Assembly: GCA_040222015.1 (NCBI GenBank)
Contig: JAVJWO010000113.1
Coordinates: forward strand, 1 to 25,331
Direction of reading: 5' to 3'
Origin: Coleofasciculus chthonoplastes F2-STO-03
GTDB lineage: Bacteria > Cyanobacteriota > Cyanobacteriia > Cyanobacteriales > Coleofasciculaceae
Length of the DNA: 25,331 nt
Numbering within the stretch: the first letter of the stretch is position 1; every line of letters starts with the position of its first letter. Positions 17,133 to 25,331 of the stretch are shown here, one piece after another. The notes under the pieces are model-generated. The model was not told where the DNA came from, made no database searches, and was given only the letters and a program-made list of their open reading frames with translations. Both the position numbers and the translations under genes were made by a program.

Positions 17133-17176
17133 GTTCAAATCGGAGTTCTGCTCAGGAGGTAAGGGAATAGTAAGCG

Positions 17177-19234
17177 TTAATCCTCTATCTGCTTATATTC
17201 CGTGATATCAACGCTACAACCAATCAAACGATAAGGCTTATCCCGATCATCTCGCACCGCTACACCACGGGAAAGAAACCAGCGAATTGTGCCATCTTTT
17301 TGCACCATCCGGTGTTCCATGCCATAGTGAGTGGTTGACCCGTCTAAATGAGCATTGATTTCATTTTCAACCTGTTGGCGATCATCAGGATGAATCAGGT
17401 CTAACCAAGCCGCTTTACTATTCGCAATCTCATTATCCTCATAGCGCAGCATGGTTTTCAACTTGGACGCCAGGTAGAATTCATCAGTCTCCAGATTCCA
17501 ATCCCAAATCCCCACATTCCCGGCTTTAAGAGCGATCGCTTGGCGTTCCTCACGGCTGTGAAGATTGGCAACCATTTGCTCCTGTTTTGCCAATTGTTCT
17601 TGTAGCAAGGTATTGGCTTGAGACAGTTGAGCGGTTCGTTCCTGATCCCGTTTAGCGGAGGCGGTTTCTAGCTGCTTGCGCTGGCTAATATCTCGCTCGA
17701 TCGCCATCCAGTGGGTATATTCCCCATTCTCATCAACCACGGGGACAATATTTAGTTCCACCCAAAACTCAGAACCATCTTTGCGATAGTTGATTAACTC
17801 CGCCCGCACGGGTTCCCATCGACATAGGGTATCGCGAATTTTATCCGCTTGGACGCGATCGGTTTTGGGACCTTGTAAGAATCGCGGTGTTTTGCCAATC
17901 ACTTCCTCCGAACTGTACCCTGTCATCCGGGTAAAGCCCTGGTTGACATAAACGATTCGAGGACCGGGTTTGTCAATGGGTTCGGCTTCAGTAATCACGA
18001 TCGCATCATTGGCATTGAATACCGCCGACTCTAATAACCGCAACCGTTCCTCGGCTTGTTTGCGTTTGGTAATATCACGAACAAAACTCAGTGACACTAA
18101 GCGATCGCGATATTCAATCACTCGCGAACTAATTTCTACCTGTACCGGAGACCCATCTTTACGCCGCAGCGCATGTTCAAAGATAATACTCCCCGTTGCT
18201 TGCATCCGTTGACTGATGGTGCGTTGGCGATCCTCACCAATCGGTACATCTATATCACGAGTCTTCAGATTTAGCAGTTCTTTGCGAGTATATCCTAGTC
18301 GTCTAGAGGCATTCTGATTCGCATCTAAAATGCGACTGGTGGATAGGTCAATAATGAAGATGGAATCATTGGCGTATTCAAATAAGTGACGGTAATTCGC
18401 TTCCGATTCCCGCAGCGATTCTTCCACTCGTTTGCGTTCGGTAATGTCTCTCGCCGTACATATTACCGCTTCCACGCTATTGTGACTCCCCAGAATCGGA
18501 CTTAGGATGTACTCGTAATGACGCACACCCCCAAGGGTTGGGTAACTCATTTCATCGGTCAAAGGGCGTCGCGTGGCAAAGACGACTTCCCGTTGGTTAT
18601 TAAATAGTTCGAGTCCCTCAGGCGGTAGGTTTAACTGCTGTACTGTTTTGCCCAAAATTTCAGCTTGGGACAAGCCAAACAGTTGCGCGATCGCCAGATT
18701 GACGTAGGTAAATCGTCCCATGCGATCCAAGACGCAGATGGGATCAGGAGACGCCGAGAGAACTTGGTCAAAGATTCGCGCTTGCTGCTGAATCCGCGTC
18801 GTCAGTTCCCGCAGTTCTGACTCATCCTGTTCCTGGGCAATGATCGGATAATTCAGATCCAGTTGGGCGACTTGGCTAGGAGTGTTCCAGGCTTGATCCG
18901 TATCCCCAATTTGATGATCATTAATCGTTCCCGTCACCAATGTGCCAGGGATGGCTTGCTGAACCGCTTGATAGCTTTGATTCGTTGTCTGAGTTTCTTG
19001 TGTAAGTTGATTAAGCTGTTCTTTTAACTGCTTGTATTTTTTGTCTAATGTAGTGAGTTGTTCCTGAAGTTCCTCAATCGTGGTTGAGTGCGATTCCTCA
19101 AGGGGGAAACCAAATGCCTGCTTGAGTGCCTCAATTACGACCGCCGTCCGATCCCGACCTGATGCCTCAGCCCGAGACCGAATTTCTTGACTTAGTTGTT
19201 CTGGAAGTCTAAACGTCGCTATTTTACTGACCAT
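17177..19234 (-). CDS. Ribbon-helix-helix + coiled coil + four PAS/PAC domains (one LOV-like, lacking the Cys)
   Basis: N-terminal IATFRLPEQL..SGRDRTAVVIEALKQAF; four PAC ends (RDITERK, RDITKRK, RDISQRK, VDITEYK); GKTPRFLQG..NYRKDGSEFW. Confidence 0.85.
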   Translation of the reverse strand: MVSKIATFRLPEQLSQEIRSRAEASGRDRTAVVIEALKQAFGFPLEESHSTTIEELQEQLTTLDKKYKQLKEQLNQLTQETQTTNQSYQAVQQAIPGTLVTGTINDHQIGDTDQAWNTPSQVAQLDLNYPIIAQEQDESELRELTTRIQQQARIFDQVLSASPDPICVLDRMGRFTYVNLAIAQLFGLSQAEILGKTVQQLNLPPEGLELFNNQREVVFATRRPLTDEMSYPTLGGVRHYEYILSPILGSHNSVEAVICTARDITERKRVEESLRESEANYRHLFEYANDSIFIIDLSTSRILDANQNASRRLGYTRKELLNLKTRDIDVPIGEDRQRTISQRMQATGSIIFEHALRRKDGSPVQVEISSRVIEYRDRLVSLSFVRDITKRKQAEERLRLLESAVFNANDAIVITEAEPIDKPGPRIVYVNQGFTRMTGYSSEEVIGKTPRFLQGPKTDRVQADKIRDTLCRWEPVRAELINYRKDGSEFWVELNIVPVVDENGEYTHWMAIERDISQRKQLETASAKRDQERTAQLSQANTLLQEQLAKQEQMVANLHSREERQAIALKAGNVGIWDWNLETDEFYLASKLKTMLRYEDNEIANSKAAWLDLIHPDDRQQVENEINAHLDGSTTHYGMEHRMVQKDGTIRWFLSRGVAVRDDRDKPYRLIGCSVDITEYKQIED

Positions 19235-19907
19235 TTTTTAGTCGATTTAAATTATCGAGTTTACCGTTGTACAAGGGCGGGACGCTGAATTTCTACTGTT
19301 GATTGAGAAATCTTCGCGTTAGCTGATTGTACAAATGTCGTGGGTTAAACTCCTTGAATTCCCAAAACCGCTTTTTATTTTGATTCGGAGTTGTCGAGCT
19401 AACCAGGATTGCCTATTGCTTCCACTATAGCCGTTCTCGGCATCTGTGATATTACAGTATTACACTATTACCTACCAGAGTTGATCAATCTCCAAGTTGA
19501 CTGAGACGATACACCCTGAAAGGATTGGCGAGGGTAGATGCTTTCCCTACTGTTCTAAAAAAACAGGACTTACGCTTTTGTGCTACCGATATCCTGTTTG
19601 GCTTGTATACAGGATTCATCGTTAACCCTCTACGTGAGGTTGTGCGTAAGTCCTGAGAATGGGTTTCGGTGCTCTTGTTCAATTTTCTTTCCTCCGTCTA
19701 TTAAGATGCCTCAGCAATATGTCTTAAATCTTTACGTGGATTAGCGTAATGATTCGTCACAATTTTTGGCTGAACTTCGCTAACCGACCACTAAAAACGC
19801 CCGCGTTGGGCGCTTATCTAGGGTGCATCTACTATATCTTAGTTTAGTCGATGAGGGGTATTACCCCCCACCCCCTTAGTAAAACAACATAAATTCATTA
19901 ATGTTTC

Positions 19908-19931
19908 AGACGCGCCATGGCGCGTCTCTAC
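19908..19931. repeat. REP-like palindrome AGACGCGCCATGGCGCGTCTCTAC overlapping the rbgA stop codon
   Basis: Perfect 20-bp palindrome plus CTAC; CTA 19928-19930 is the TAG stop on the minus strand. Confidence 0.85.
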
Positions 19932-20785
19932 GAAGGTGGCAATTCCAGTGCGATCGCGCCGAGGAGTCCTTTGCGAAAATCATTCAATAACTGTCGTGCA
20001 GCACGCTCTTGATCCCCTTGGTAGCGTGTCTGTGCCAAGTCCTGTAAGTAGGATTCACCTGTGATCCCCGTTGGGTCTACCTGATAACGGTTTTGCAAGG
20101 ACGACGTGGATGTGCGATCGGCTGTAGCAAAATCCGGCAATCGTTTTAGCAAATCTACAAACCCAGAAGCAACCCGCTGATTATCGTAAGACGCCTCACC
20201 AATGTCATCACAGATGGCTAATTTTAGAGCATCCTCTTGATTTTGTAGCTTGGCGGGGATAACACCGGGCGCATCCAATAGTTCAATCTGATCGCTAATC
20301 CGCACCCAACGCAATTGACGAGTAACACCGGGACGACGGGCGCTGTCCACCACACGCCGCCCCAAAAGTCGATTAATCAGAGCCGATTTTCCCACATTGG
20401 GAAAACCAATCACTACCGCACGAACCGGACGAGGCTGCATCCCGCGATTTTTGCGCCGTTGATTCATCTGGACTCCGGTTTGCTGGGCGGCTTGGGCTAC
20501 CTCTCGAATCCCTTTCCCCTGCTGGGCATTTGTCCAGTAAGGTGTTTCCCCTTGTGCTTCAAACCAGGATGTCCACAACTGCTGCATCTTGGGTGTAATC
20601 AGATCCATGCGGTTGATCACTAAGATTCGGCTTTTATTCCCCACCCACTCAGCAGTTTGCGGATGATGAGTGGTAAGAGGAATCCGCGCATCCCGGACTT
20701 CCAGCACAACATCCACTCGTTTGAGCTGTTCCTTGAGTTGCCGTTCAGCTTTAGCAATATGTCCGGGATACCATTGAATGGTCAT
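19928..20785 (-). CDS. rbgA: Ribosome biogenesis GTPase YlqF/RbgA
   Basis: IQWYPGHIAKA, EVRDARIP, GFPNVGKSALIN, PGVTR, LLDAPG, DFRKGLLG. Confidence 0.97.
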   Translation of the reverse strand: MTIQWYPGHIAKAERQLKEQLKRVDVVLEVRDARIPLTTHHPQTAEWVGNKSRILVINRMDLITPKMQQLWTSWFEAQGETPYWTNAQQGKGIREVAQAAQQTGVQMNQRRKNRGMQPRPVRAVVIGFPNVGKSALINRLLGRRVVDSARRPGVTRQLRWVRISDQIELLDAPGVIPAKLQNQEDALKLAICDDIGEASYDNQRVASGFVDLLKRLPDFATADRTSTSSLQNRYQVDPTGITGESYLQDLAQTRYQGDQERAARQLLNDFRKGLLGAIALELPPS

Positions 20786-20820
20786 TCGTTATTTGTCATT
20801 TGTCATTTGTCATTTGTCAT
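20779..20820. repeat. STRR heptamer array (TTGTCAT x4 plus two degenerate units) overlapping the rbgA start
   Basis: Minus strand: ATGACAA x4, ATAACGA, ATGACCA. Confidence 0.85.
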
Positions 20821-20832
20821 CAAGCCGATTAT

Positions 20833-20896
20833 GTAGGGTGGGCAAGGGTTATCAAGATTGAAATCCTTATCCTATCATTCTGTGGTATTGCCCACC
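20833..20896. repeat. REP-like element GTAGGGTGGGCAA..spacer..TTGCCCACC
   Basis: Inverted arms around a ~40-bp spacer. Confidence 0.7.
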
Positions 20897-20952
20897 TCAC
20901 GGTATCTTGAGGGTGATCAAGAGTGTTGGCTGATATCGGTTATCCCTTTGTA

Positions 20953-21363
20953 TTACGGCACAACTAGCACGGGACAGGGTGACAGATTAATCACCCGATT
21001 GGTGACGCTTTCGGAAGCACCATCATCAGTTAATCCCAATCCGCGACAGCCCATAATAATTAGATCAGCATTAATTTCATCGGCGACATCACAGATCGTA
21101 AATGGGGGTGTACCTTCCCGACTCAGGGTTTCCGCCTTAATGCCATACTGGTTAAACATCGCCTGAGCGCCTTTGAGTAGTTCGGCAACCATCTCCGGGG
21201 ACATGATGTCCGGACTTGGCGATGGGTCATCGGGGTTGGGTTTTTCGACAACCGAAAGCAGAACTAAGTTACTTTCATACTTTTGGACGATATTGGCGAC
21301 AACTTCCGCTGCTTCACGGGCTTCTCGGCTTTGGTCAAGGGGAAATAAGACAGTCTTAAACAT
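20953..21363 (-). CDS. Universal stress protein (UspA family)
   Basis: MFKTVLFPLDQS..ADLIIMGCRGLG..SVTNRVINLSPCPVLVVP; ATG 21363 preferred over GTG 21384. Confidence 0.93.
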   Translation of the reverse strand: MFKTVLFPLDQSREAREAAEVVANIVQKYESNLVLLSVVEKPNPDDPSPSPDIMSPEMVAELLKGAQAMFNQYGIKAETLSREGTPPFTICDVADEINADLIIMGCRGLGLTDDGASESVTNRVINLSPCPVLVVP

Positions 21364-21554
21364 TGTAATCACCTTGAAGGACACGGACTCCGGTAAAATG
21401 TGGACGGGAAAAGAGAATACATACTCTTGATCCTAATGATTGAGTTGATTGCTCGCTTAGATGCAAGTCTGGCAGCAATCATTAAGCATACAACCACTGG
21501 CACGCGATCAGATCGCAAAGCATCAGATACAGGCAATTAGAGGAGAGTATTACT

Positions 21555-22760
21555 GTGTCCAAAAAAACTGTAGCAAATTTAAATGAGTCCGATTTAGCCG
21601 GAAAACGGGTATTGGTGCGAGCCGACCTGAATGTGCCACTGGATGAGAATGGCACGATTACCGATGATACCCGCATCCGAGCGGCTCTGCCGACGATCCA
21701 GGATTTAATCAAAAAGAATGCCAAGGTGGTTCTGTGTAGCCACTTAGGGCGTCCTAAGGGACAAGTGAAGGACAGCCTTCGCCTAACACCTGTGGCGAAT
21801 CGTCTGTCTGAATTACTGGGTCAAACGGTGATCAAGTGCGATGACTGTATTGGCGATGCGGTTAAGTCTCAGATTGACAGCCTGGATAATGGTCAAGTGG
21901 CGTTACTAGAAAATCTCCGCTTCCACCCAGGGGAAGAAAAGAATGATCCGGAGTTTACCAAACAGTTAGCCGCCCTAGCCGATGTTTATGTCAATGATGC
22001 CTTTGGTACGGCACACCGCGCCCATGCTTCCACAGAAGGAGTCACTCATCACCTACACCCCTCAGTGGGGGGGTATTTGATTGAGAAAGAACTCCAGTAT
22101 CTGCAAAATGCGATTGAAAATCCCAAAAAGCCCTTAGCCGCAATTATTGGTGGGTCTAAGGTGTCGAGTAAGATTGGCGTAATTGAAACCTTACTGGATA
22201 AGGTGGATAAACTGCTGATTGGTGGTGGTATGATTTTCACCTTCTACAAAGCCCGTGGCTTGAGTGTCGGTAAGTCGCTGGTGGAAGAGGATAAGCTGGA
22301 GTTGGCAAAGTCCTTGGAAGCGAAGGCAAAGGAAAAAGGGGTTGACTTACTTTTACCTACGGATGTCGTCGTTGCTGATAACTTTGCCGCTGACGCCAAT
22401 TCTCAAACCGTCAGCATTGAATCAATTCCCGATGGCTGGATGGGGCTAGATATTGGTCCAGATTCCGTGAAAGTCTTCCAGGATGCATTAAGCGAGTGTA
22501 AGTCGGTGATCTGGAATGGTCCGATGGGGGTATTTGAGTTTGATAAGTTTGCCAATGGCACCGAAGCGATCGCGCGGACTCTAGCCGATCTGACGAAGAA
22601 AGGCACAACCACGATTATCGGCGGTGGTGACTCAGTTGCGGCTGTGGAAAAAGTGGGTGTGGCGGATCAAATGAGCCATATCTCCACAGGTGGTGGGGCG
22701 AGTCTGGAATTGCTTGAAGGTAAGGTACTTCCCGGTATTGCCGCATTAGATGACGCTTGA
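21555..22760 (+). CDS. pgk: Phosphoglycerate kinase
   Basis: [80 protein letters not shown] and GTG start. Confidence 0.99.
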   Translation: MSKKTVANLNESDLAGKRVLVRADLNVPLDENGTITDDTRIRAALPTIQDLIKKNAKVVLCSHLGRPKGQVKDSLRLTPVANRLSELLGQTVIKCDDCIGDAVKSQIDSLDNGQVALLENLRFHPGEEKNDPEFTKQLAALADVYVNDAFGTAHRAHASTEGVTHHLHPSVGGYLIEKELQYLQNAIENPKKPLAAIIGGSKVSSKIGVIETLLDKVDKLLIGGGMIFTFYKARGLSVGKSLVEEDKLELAKSLEAKAKEKGVDLLLPTDVVVADNFAADANSQTVSIESIPDGWMGLDIGPDSVKVFQDALSECKSVIWNGPMGVFEFDKFANGTEAIARTLADLTKKGTTTIIGGGDSVAAVEKVGVADQMSHISTGGGASLELLEGKVLPGIAALDDA

Positions 22761-22846
22761 TGGTAGTATTGCACGTCTCTACCTGATTTAGGGATAATGG
22801 CACGCTCCAGTCAGCATTAGGGAATCCCCGAAACCTTTGATATACC

Positions 22847-22867
22847 GTAGGGTGGGCATTGCCCACC
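22847..22867. repeat. REP-like palindrome GTAGGGTGGGCATTGCCCACC
   Basis: Reverse complement of 10139-10159. Confidence 0.8.
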
Positions 22868-22875
22868 AGCCTTAA

Positions 22876-23046
22876 GTTCCGTTAGTGAGGAGGGCGGGTT
22901 TTGTTGTTCCGTTAGTGAGGAGGGCGGGTTTTGTTGTTCCCTTAGTGAGGAGGGCGGGTTTTGTTGTTCCCTTAGTGGTGAGGGCGGGTTTTGTTGTTCC
23001 GTTAGTGGTGGTGAGGGCGGGTTTTGTTGTTCCGTTAGTGGTGAGG
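22876..23046. repeat. Tandem 30-bp repeat (GTTCCGTTAGTGAGGAGGGCGGGTTTTGTT) x5 plus a partial unit
   Basis: Units start at 22876, 22906, 22936, 22966, 22996 (33 bp) and 23029 (partial). Confidence 0.92.
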
Positions 23047-23060
23047 AGCTGAATTTAGTC

Positions 23061-23192
23061 CCTAAACCCGCCCCTACAGATTACCTAAACCCGCCCCTAC
23101 AGATTACCTAAACCCGCTCCTACAGATTACCTAAACCCGCTCCTACGATTGTCCCTAAACCCGCCCCTACAGATTACCTAAACCCGCTCCTA
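23061..23192. repeat. Tandem 23-bp repeat (CCTAAACCCGCYCCTACAGATTA) x6
   Basis: Units start at 23061, 23084, 23107, 23130, 23154 and 23177. Confidence 0.92.
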
Positions 23193-23226
23193 AAATTGAC
23201 TGATGACTGATTTGATTTTCACCCGA

Positions 23227-24303
23227 TTAATGATTGGCGGTACTGAGAACTTCGACTAAAGCCTGATAAGCTGGTTTGGGACGATAAGATTTATCAAAGA
23301 TTAGGGGAAAGTCTGGCTGACCGAAAGCTCTAGGAATCCAAGTAAATTTATCGGTAAATCCCCAGGTGACAAATGCCGTACAATTAGGTGCTTTTAGACA
23401 GACGCCTAGTATATCCTGATACACCTTTGCCTGTTTAACTAATCTCTCTTCCTGGGTTCCTGTACCGTTATGGATTTGGACATCCATTTCGGTAATATGT
23501 ACCTCTAATCCCAACTCTCCCAACCGCTTGATATTGGTGGCTACGTCTTCGGGTTTGGGCGGATTTTTAATACTTTTGTGCATCTGCAAACCGACGCCAT
23601 GAATGGGGACATCTTTCGCGAGTAAATCCTTAACTAAGCTGTAGATTGCATCAGATTTTTCGCCTAATCCCTCTCCGTCATAATCATTATAAAATAAGAG
23701 CGCTTGAGGATCAGCTTCATGCGCCCAGCGAAACGCTAACTCCACATAGTCTGATCCAATTCCTTGCTGCCAAATGGTTTTTCTGAGAGAATCTTTACCG
23801 CCAACGGCTTCATTAACGACATCCCAGGCATAAATGTCACCTCGATAGTGACTGATTACGGTAAAGATATGTCGCCGCAAAATCTCCATTAATTCCTCCC
23901 GCGTCCACTCGGTTTCAGTTAACCAGTCGGGTAAACTGCGATGCCAAACCAAGGTATGACCGCGTATCTGCATCTGATTGGCTTTAGCAAAGGCAACGAT
24001 TTCGTTAGCAGCAGTAAAATCGTAGCGATCGCGTTCTGGATGAATAGGCTTAAATTTCATCACATTCTCAGGCGTAACCATGTTGAACTCCCGCGCCAAT
24101 ACCTCCCGATAGGTAGGATCATTACGAAGGGCTTTTATCGATACGGCTGCGCCTATGTGGAAGTTTTGTTCTTGGGCTAAATCACGCAAGGTTATATTAG
24201 CAGGTTGGGAAATTGCAGGGAGAGAAATGAGTAATGTTGCTGTTAATCCTAAGATAATTAGGGAGCTAAAGCTGAGATATTTATTCAATCCTTTGAATAT
24301 CAT
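23227..24303 (-). CDS. Secreted GH10 endo-1,4-beta-xylanase-like glycoside hydrolase
   Basis: Signal peptide; TPENVMKF, RGHTLVWH, WDVVNE (acid/base Glu), LFYNDY, GVGLQMH, HITEMD (nucleophile Glu), TWGFTD. Confidence 0.93.
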   Translation of the reverse strand: MIFKGLNKYLSFSSLIILGLTATLLISLPAISQPANITLRDLAQEQNFHIGAAVSIKALRNDPTYREVLAREFNMVTPENVMKFKPIHPERDRYDFTAANEIVAFAKANQMQIRGHTLVWHRSLPDWLTETEWTREELMEILRRHIFTVISHYRGDIYAWDVVNEAVGGKDSLRKTIWQQGIGSDYVELAFRWAHEADPQALLFYNDYDGEGLGEKSDAIYSLVKDLLAKDVPIHGVGLQMHKSIKNPPKPEDVATNIKRLGELGLEVHITEMDVQIHNGTGTQEERLVKQAKVYQDILGVCLKAPNCTAFVTWGFTDKFTWIPRAFGQPDFPLIFDKSYRPKPAYQALVEVLSTANH

Positions 24304-24467
24304 TTATCGTTTTTGATTTCTTCAACATCTATTCCCTTATTATGCCTAATCCGCTACCCCATTTATCATTTATTTTTGCATCAATCGTTGAACGACTACA
24401 GCTTTACAGACATAACTAACCCGCTAAAATCCGCCCATCTCCCCTATCTCTACAGTGACTTTTGCCC

Positions 24468-24842
24468 TCATACACCCGTTAAACTCGGTACTCGGTTAGC
24501 TTGGGCTTTTTGTAAATCCAGGGTTAAATTTTCACCACTGCGACGGGCTTCCCAGGAACCGGATTCACCGCCACCGATACTCCACTGTCCCTGCATAAAG
24601 TCTTCTGATTCCGAGATTGTACCCGTGTAACTAATGGGATAGTTGGAACTCGCTAGATAGCGTTTAACAAAGCTAATCCGGCGTCCAATAACTTCCCCCG
24701 TTAGTGACGCTTCGCCCAAGTAGCTGTCATCTAAGATATTACCCGTCACGGTATTGCCACTATGCAGCAGTGTTGCCTCAAATCTCGTGGGAATACCCCA
24801 CTGCCAATAGGTTCCCAGCCAAGTACCATTTACGTCTGCCAT
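24468..24842 (-). CDS. Conserved hypothetical protein (small beta-barrel-like)
   Basis: 124-aa ORF with protein-like composition: GTWLGTYWQ, SFVKRY, YTGT, GQW..GSWEA. Confidence 0.75.
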   Translation of the reverse strand: MADVNGTWLGTYWQWGIPTRFEATLLHSGNTVTGNILDDSYLGEASLTGEVIGRRISFVKRYLASSNYPISYTGTISESEDFMQGQWSIGGGESGSWEARRSGENLTLDLQKAQANRVPSLTGV

Positions 24843-25051
24843 CGGTGAAAAATGTATAGGATAAGGAATGCGATCGCTATTTTAACTAACTCCAACTCAA
24901 TTCTGAAACCCATCCACCTAAATAAAGTGATTATAGTTGGTTTTCTCCAGAGGAAAACACCGATTATTTGGATTAAGAATACATTAGAAACCAGCTAAAT
25001 ACTTGGGTGGGACTAGAATGTTTTATTACAGATGATAAATTATCGGCATGG

Positions 25052-25145
25052 TCAAGACCAGTCTGCGATCGCGAGTCCTGACACCCTGGAAAATTCCTTG
25101 ACCTTTAAAGTAGTAGATCAGGGTATTTGTATCTAAAACGTACAT
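25052..25145 (-). pseudogene. vapC: Internally deleted vapC (PIN-domain toxin) pseudogene
   Basis: ATG 25145 gives MYVLDTNTLIYYFKGQG (PIN N-terminal LDTN motif); a shifted frame gives VKEFSRVSGLAIADWS* (PIN C-terminal motif). Confidence 0.8.
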
Positions 25146-25331
25146 TCACAAACTCTCCCGTCGGATGTCTTATCCTGATTCAGCACGAATCTCTTCCAGA
25201 GTAGGAAAGTCTGTTGACCAAGTTCCAGCTAGGGAATGAACCAGTTCTGTCCAAGACATCTGATAATCTACCGTGTTTATTGGTTGGTTAGCGCTCAGGT
25301 GCTTAGCACGAATGAATTCAGCAAAAGCAAG
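25146..25331 (-). CDS. 3' part of a DUF2281/VapB-like antitoxin gene with an apparent premature stop (5' end outside the window)
   Basis: LAFAEFIRAK..LAGTWSTDFPTLEEIRAESG*DIRRESL*; TAA at 25170-25172; the final TGA abuts the vapC ATG (TGAATG). Confidence 0.7.

Noticed and set aside
17860..17900. Canonical blue-light LOV photoreceptor
   Set aside because: The adduct-forming Cys is replaced by Pro (TPRFLQ) and the conserved Gln position is Glu
19455..19472. NtcA box
   Set aside because: Spacing is GTA-N9-TAC, not GTA-N8-TAC
19485..19900. 65-aa ORF or structured ncRNA in the long intergenic region
   Set aside because: TTG start, no motif, and no recognisable tRNA, riboswitch or ncRNA signature by eye; an Rfam search would be needed
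22876..23192. Possible CRISPR array or iterons
   Set aside because: No unique spacers and no rep gene; explained as amplified palindrome arms
17970..24630. Small overlapping ORFs in the PAS gene, rbgA, usp, pgk, xylanase and hypothetical gene
   Set aside because: Shadows of confidently assigned genes

Overview
This is a chromosomal segment of a filamentous cyanobacterium, judged from about 20 HIP1 GCGATCGC octamers, GTAG-type palindromic repeats, heptamer STRR repeats, cyanobacterial PEP-CTERM tails and DUF1822/CHAT genes. A Coleofasciculus/Oscillatoriales-like source is an unverified inference. The left part holds an epoxide-hydrolase-like alpha/beta hydrolase, a DUF4058 protein and a WD40 protein with a Gly-zipper N-terminus and a PspA/Vipp1-like segment. 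The centre (3974-17132) is an accessory locus. It contains a minus-strand cluster (sigma70-like factor, DUF1822 protein, CHAT-TM-TPR protease, TPR protein, giant secreted haemagglutinin-CHAT protein) that may be a protease-triggered anti-sigma signalling system. That cluster sits head-to-head with a palindrome-delimited array of PEP-CTERM surface-protein genes: three complete genes and one remnant, a duplicated 122-bp upstream block with a perfect HLR1/RpaB motif, and a ~97-bp MITE with filled and empty sites. The sigma and TPR genes appear 5'-damaged by frameshifting deletions. The right part holds an RHH-multi-PAS protein, rbgA/ylqF, a universal stress protein, pgk, an arm-amplified palindromic repeat, a GH10 xylanase, a conserved hypothetical protein, and a decayed antitoxin-vapC pair missed by the ORF track. 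All family assignments come from motif recognition by eye; no database searches were run.
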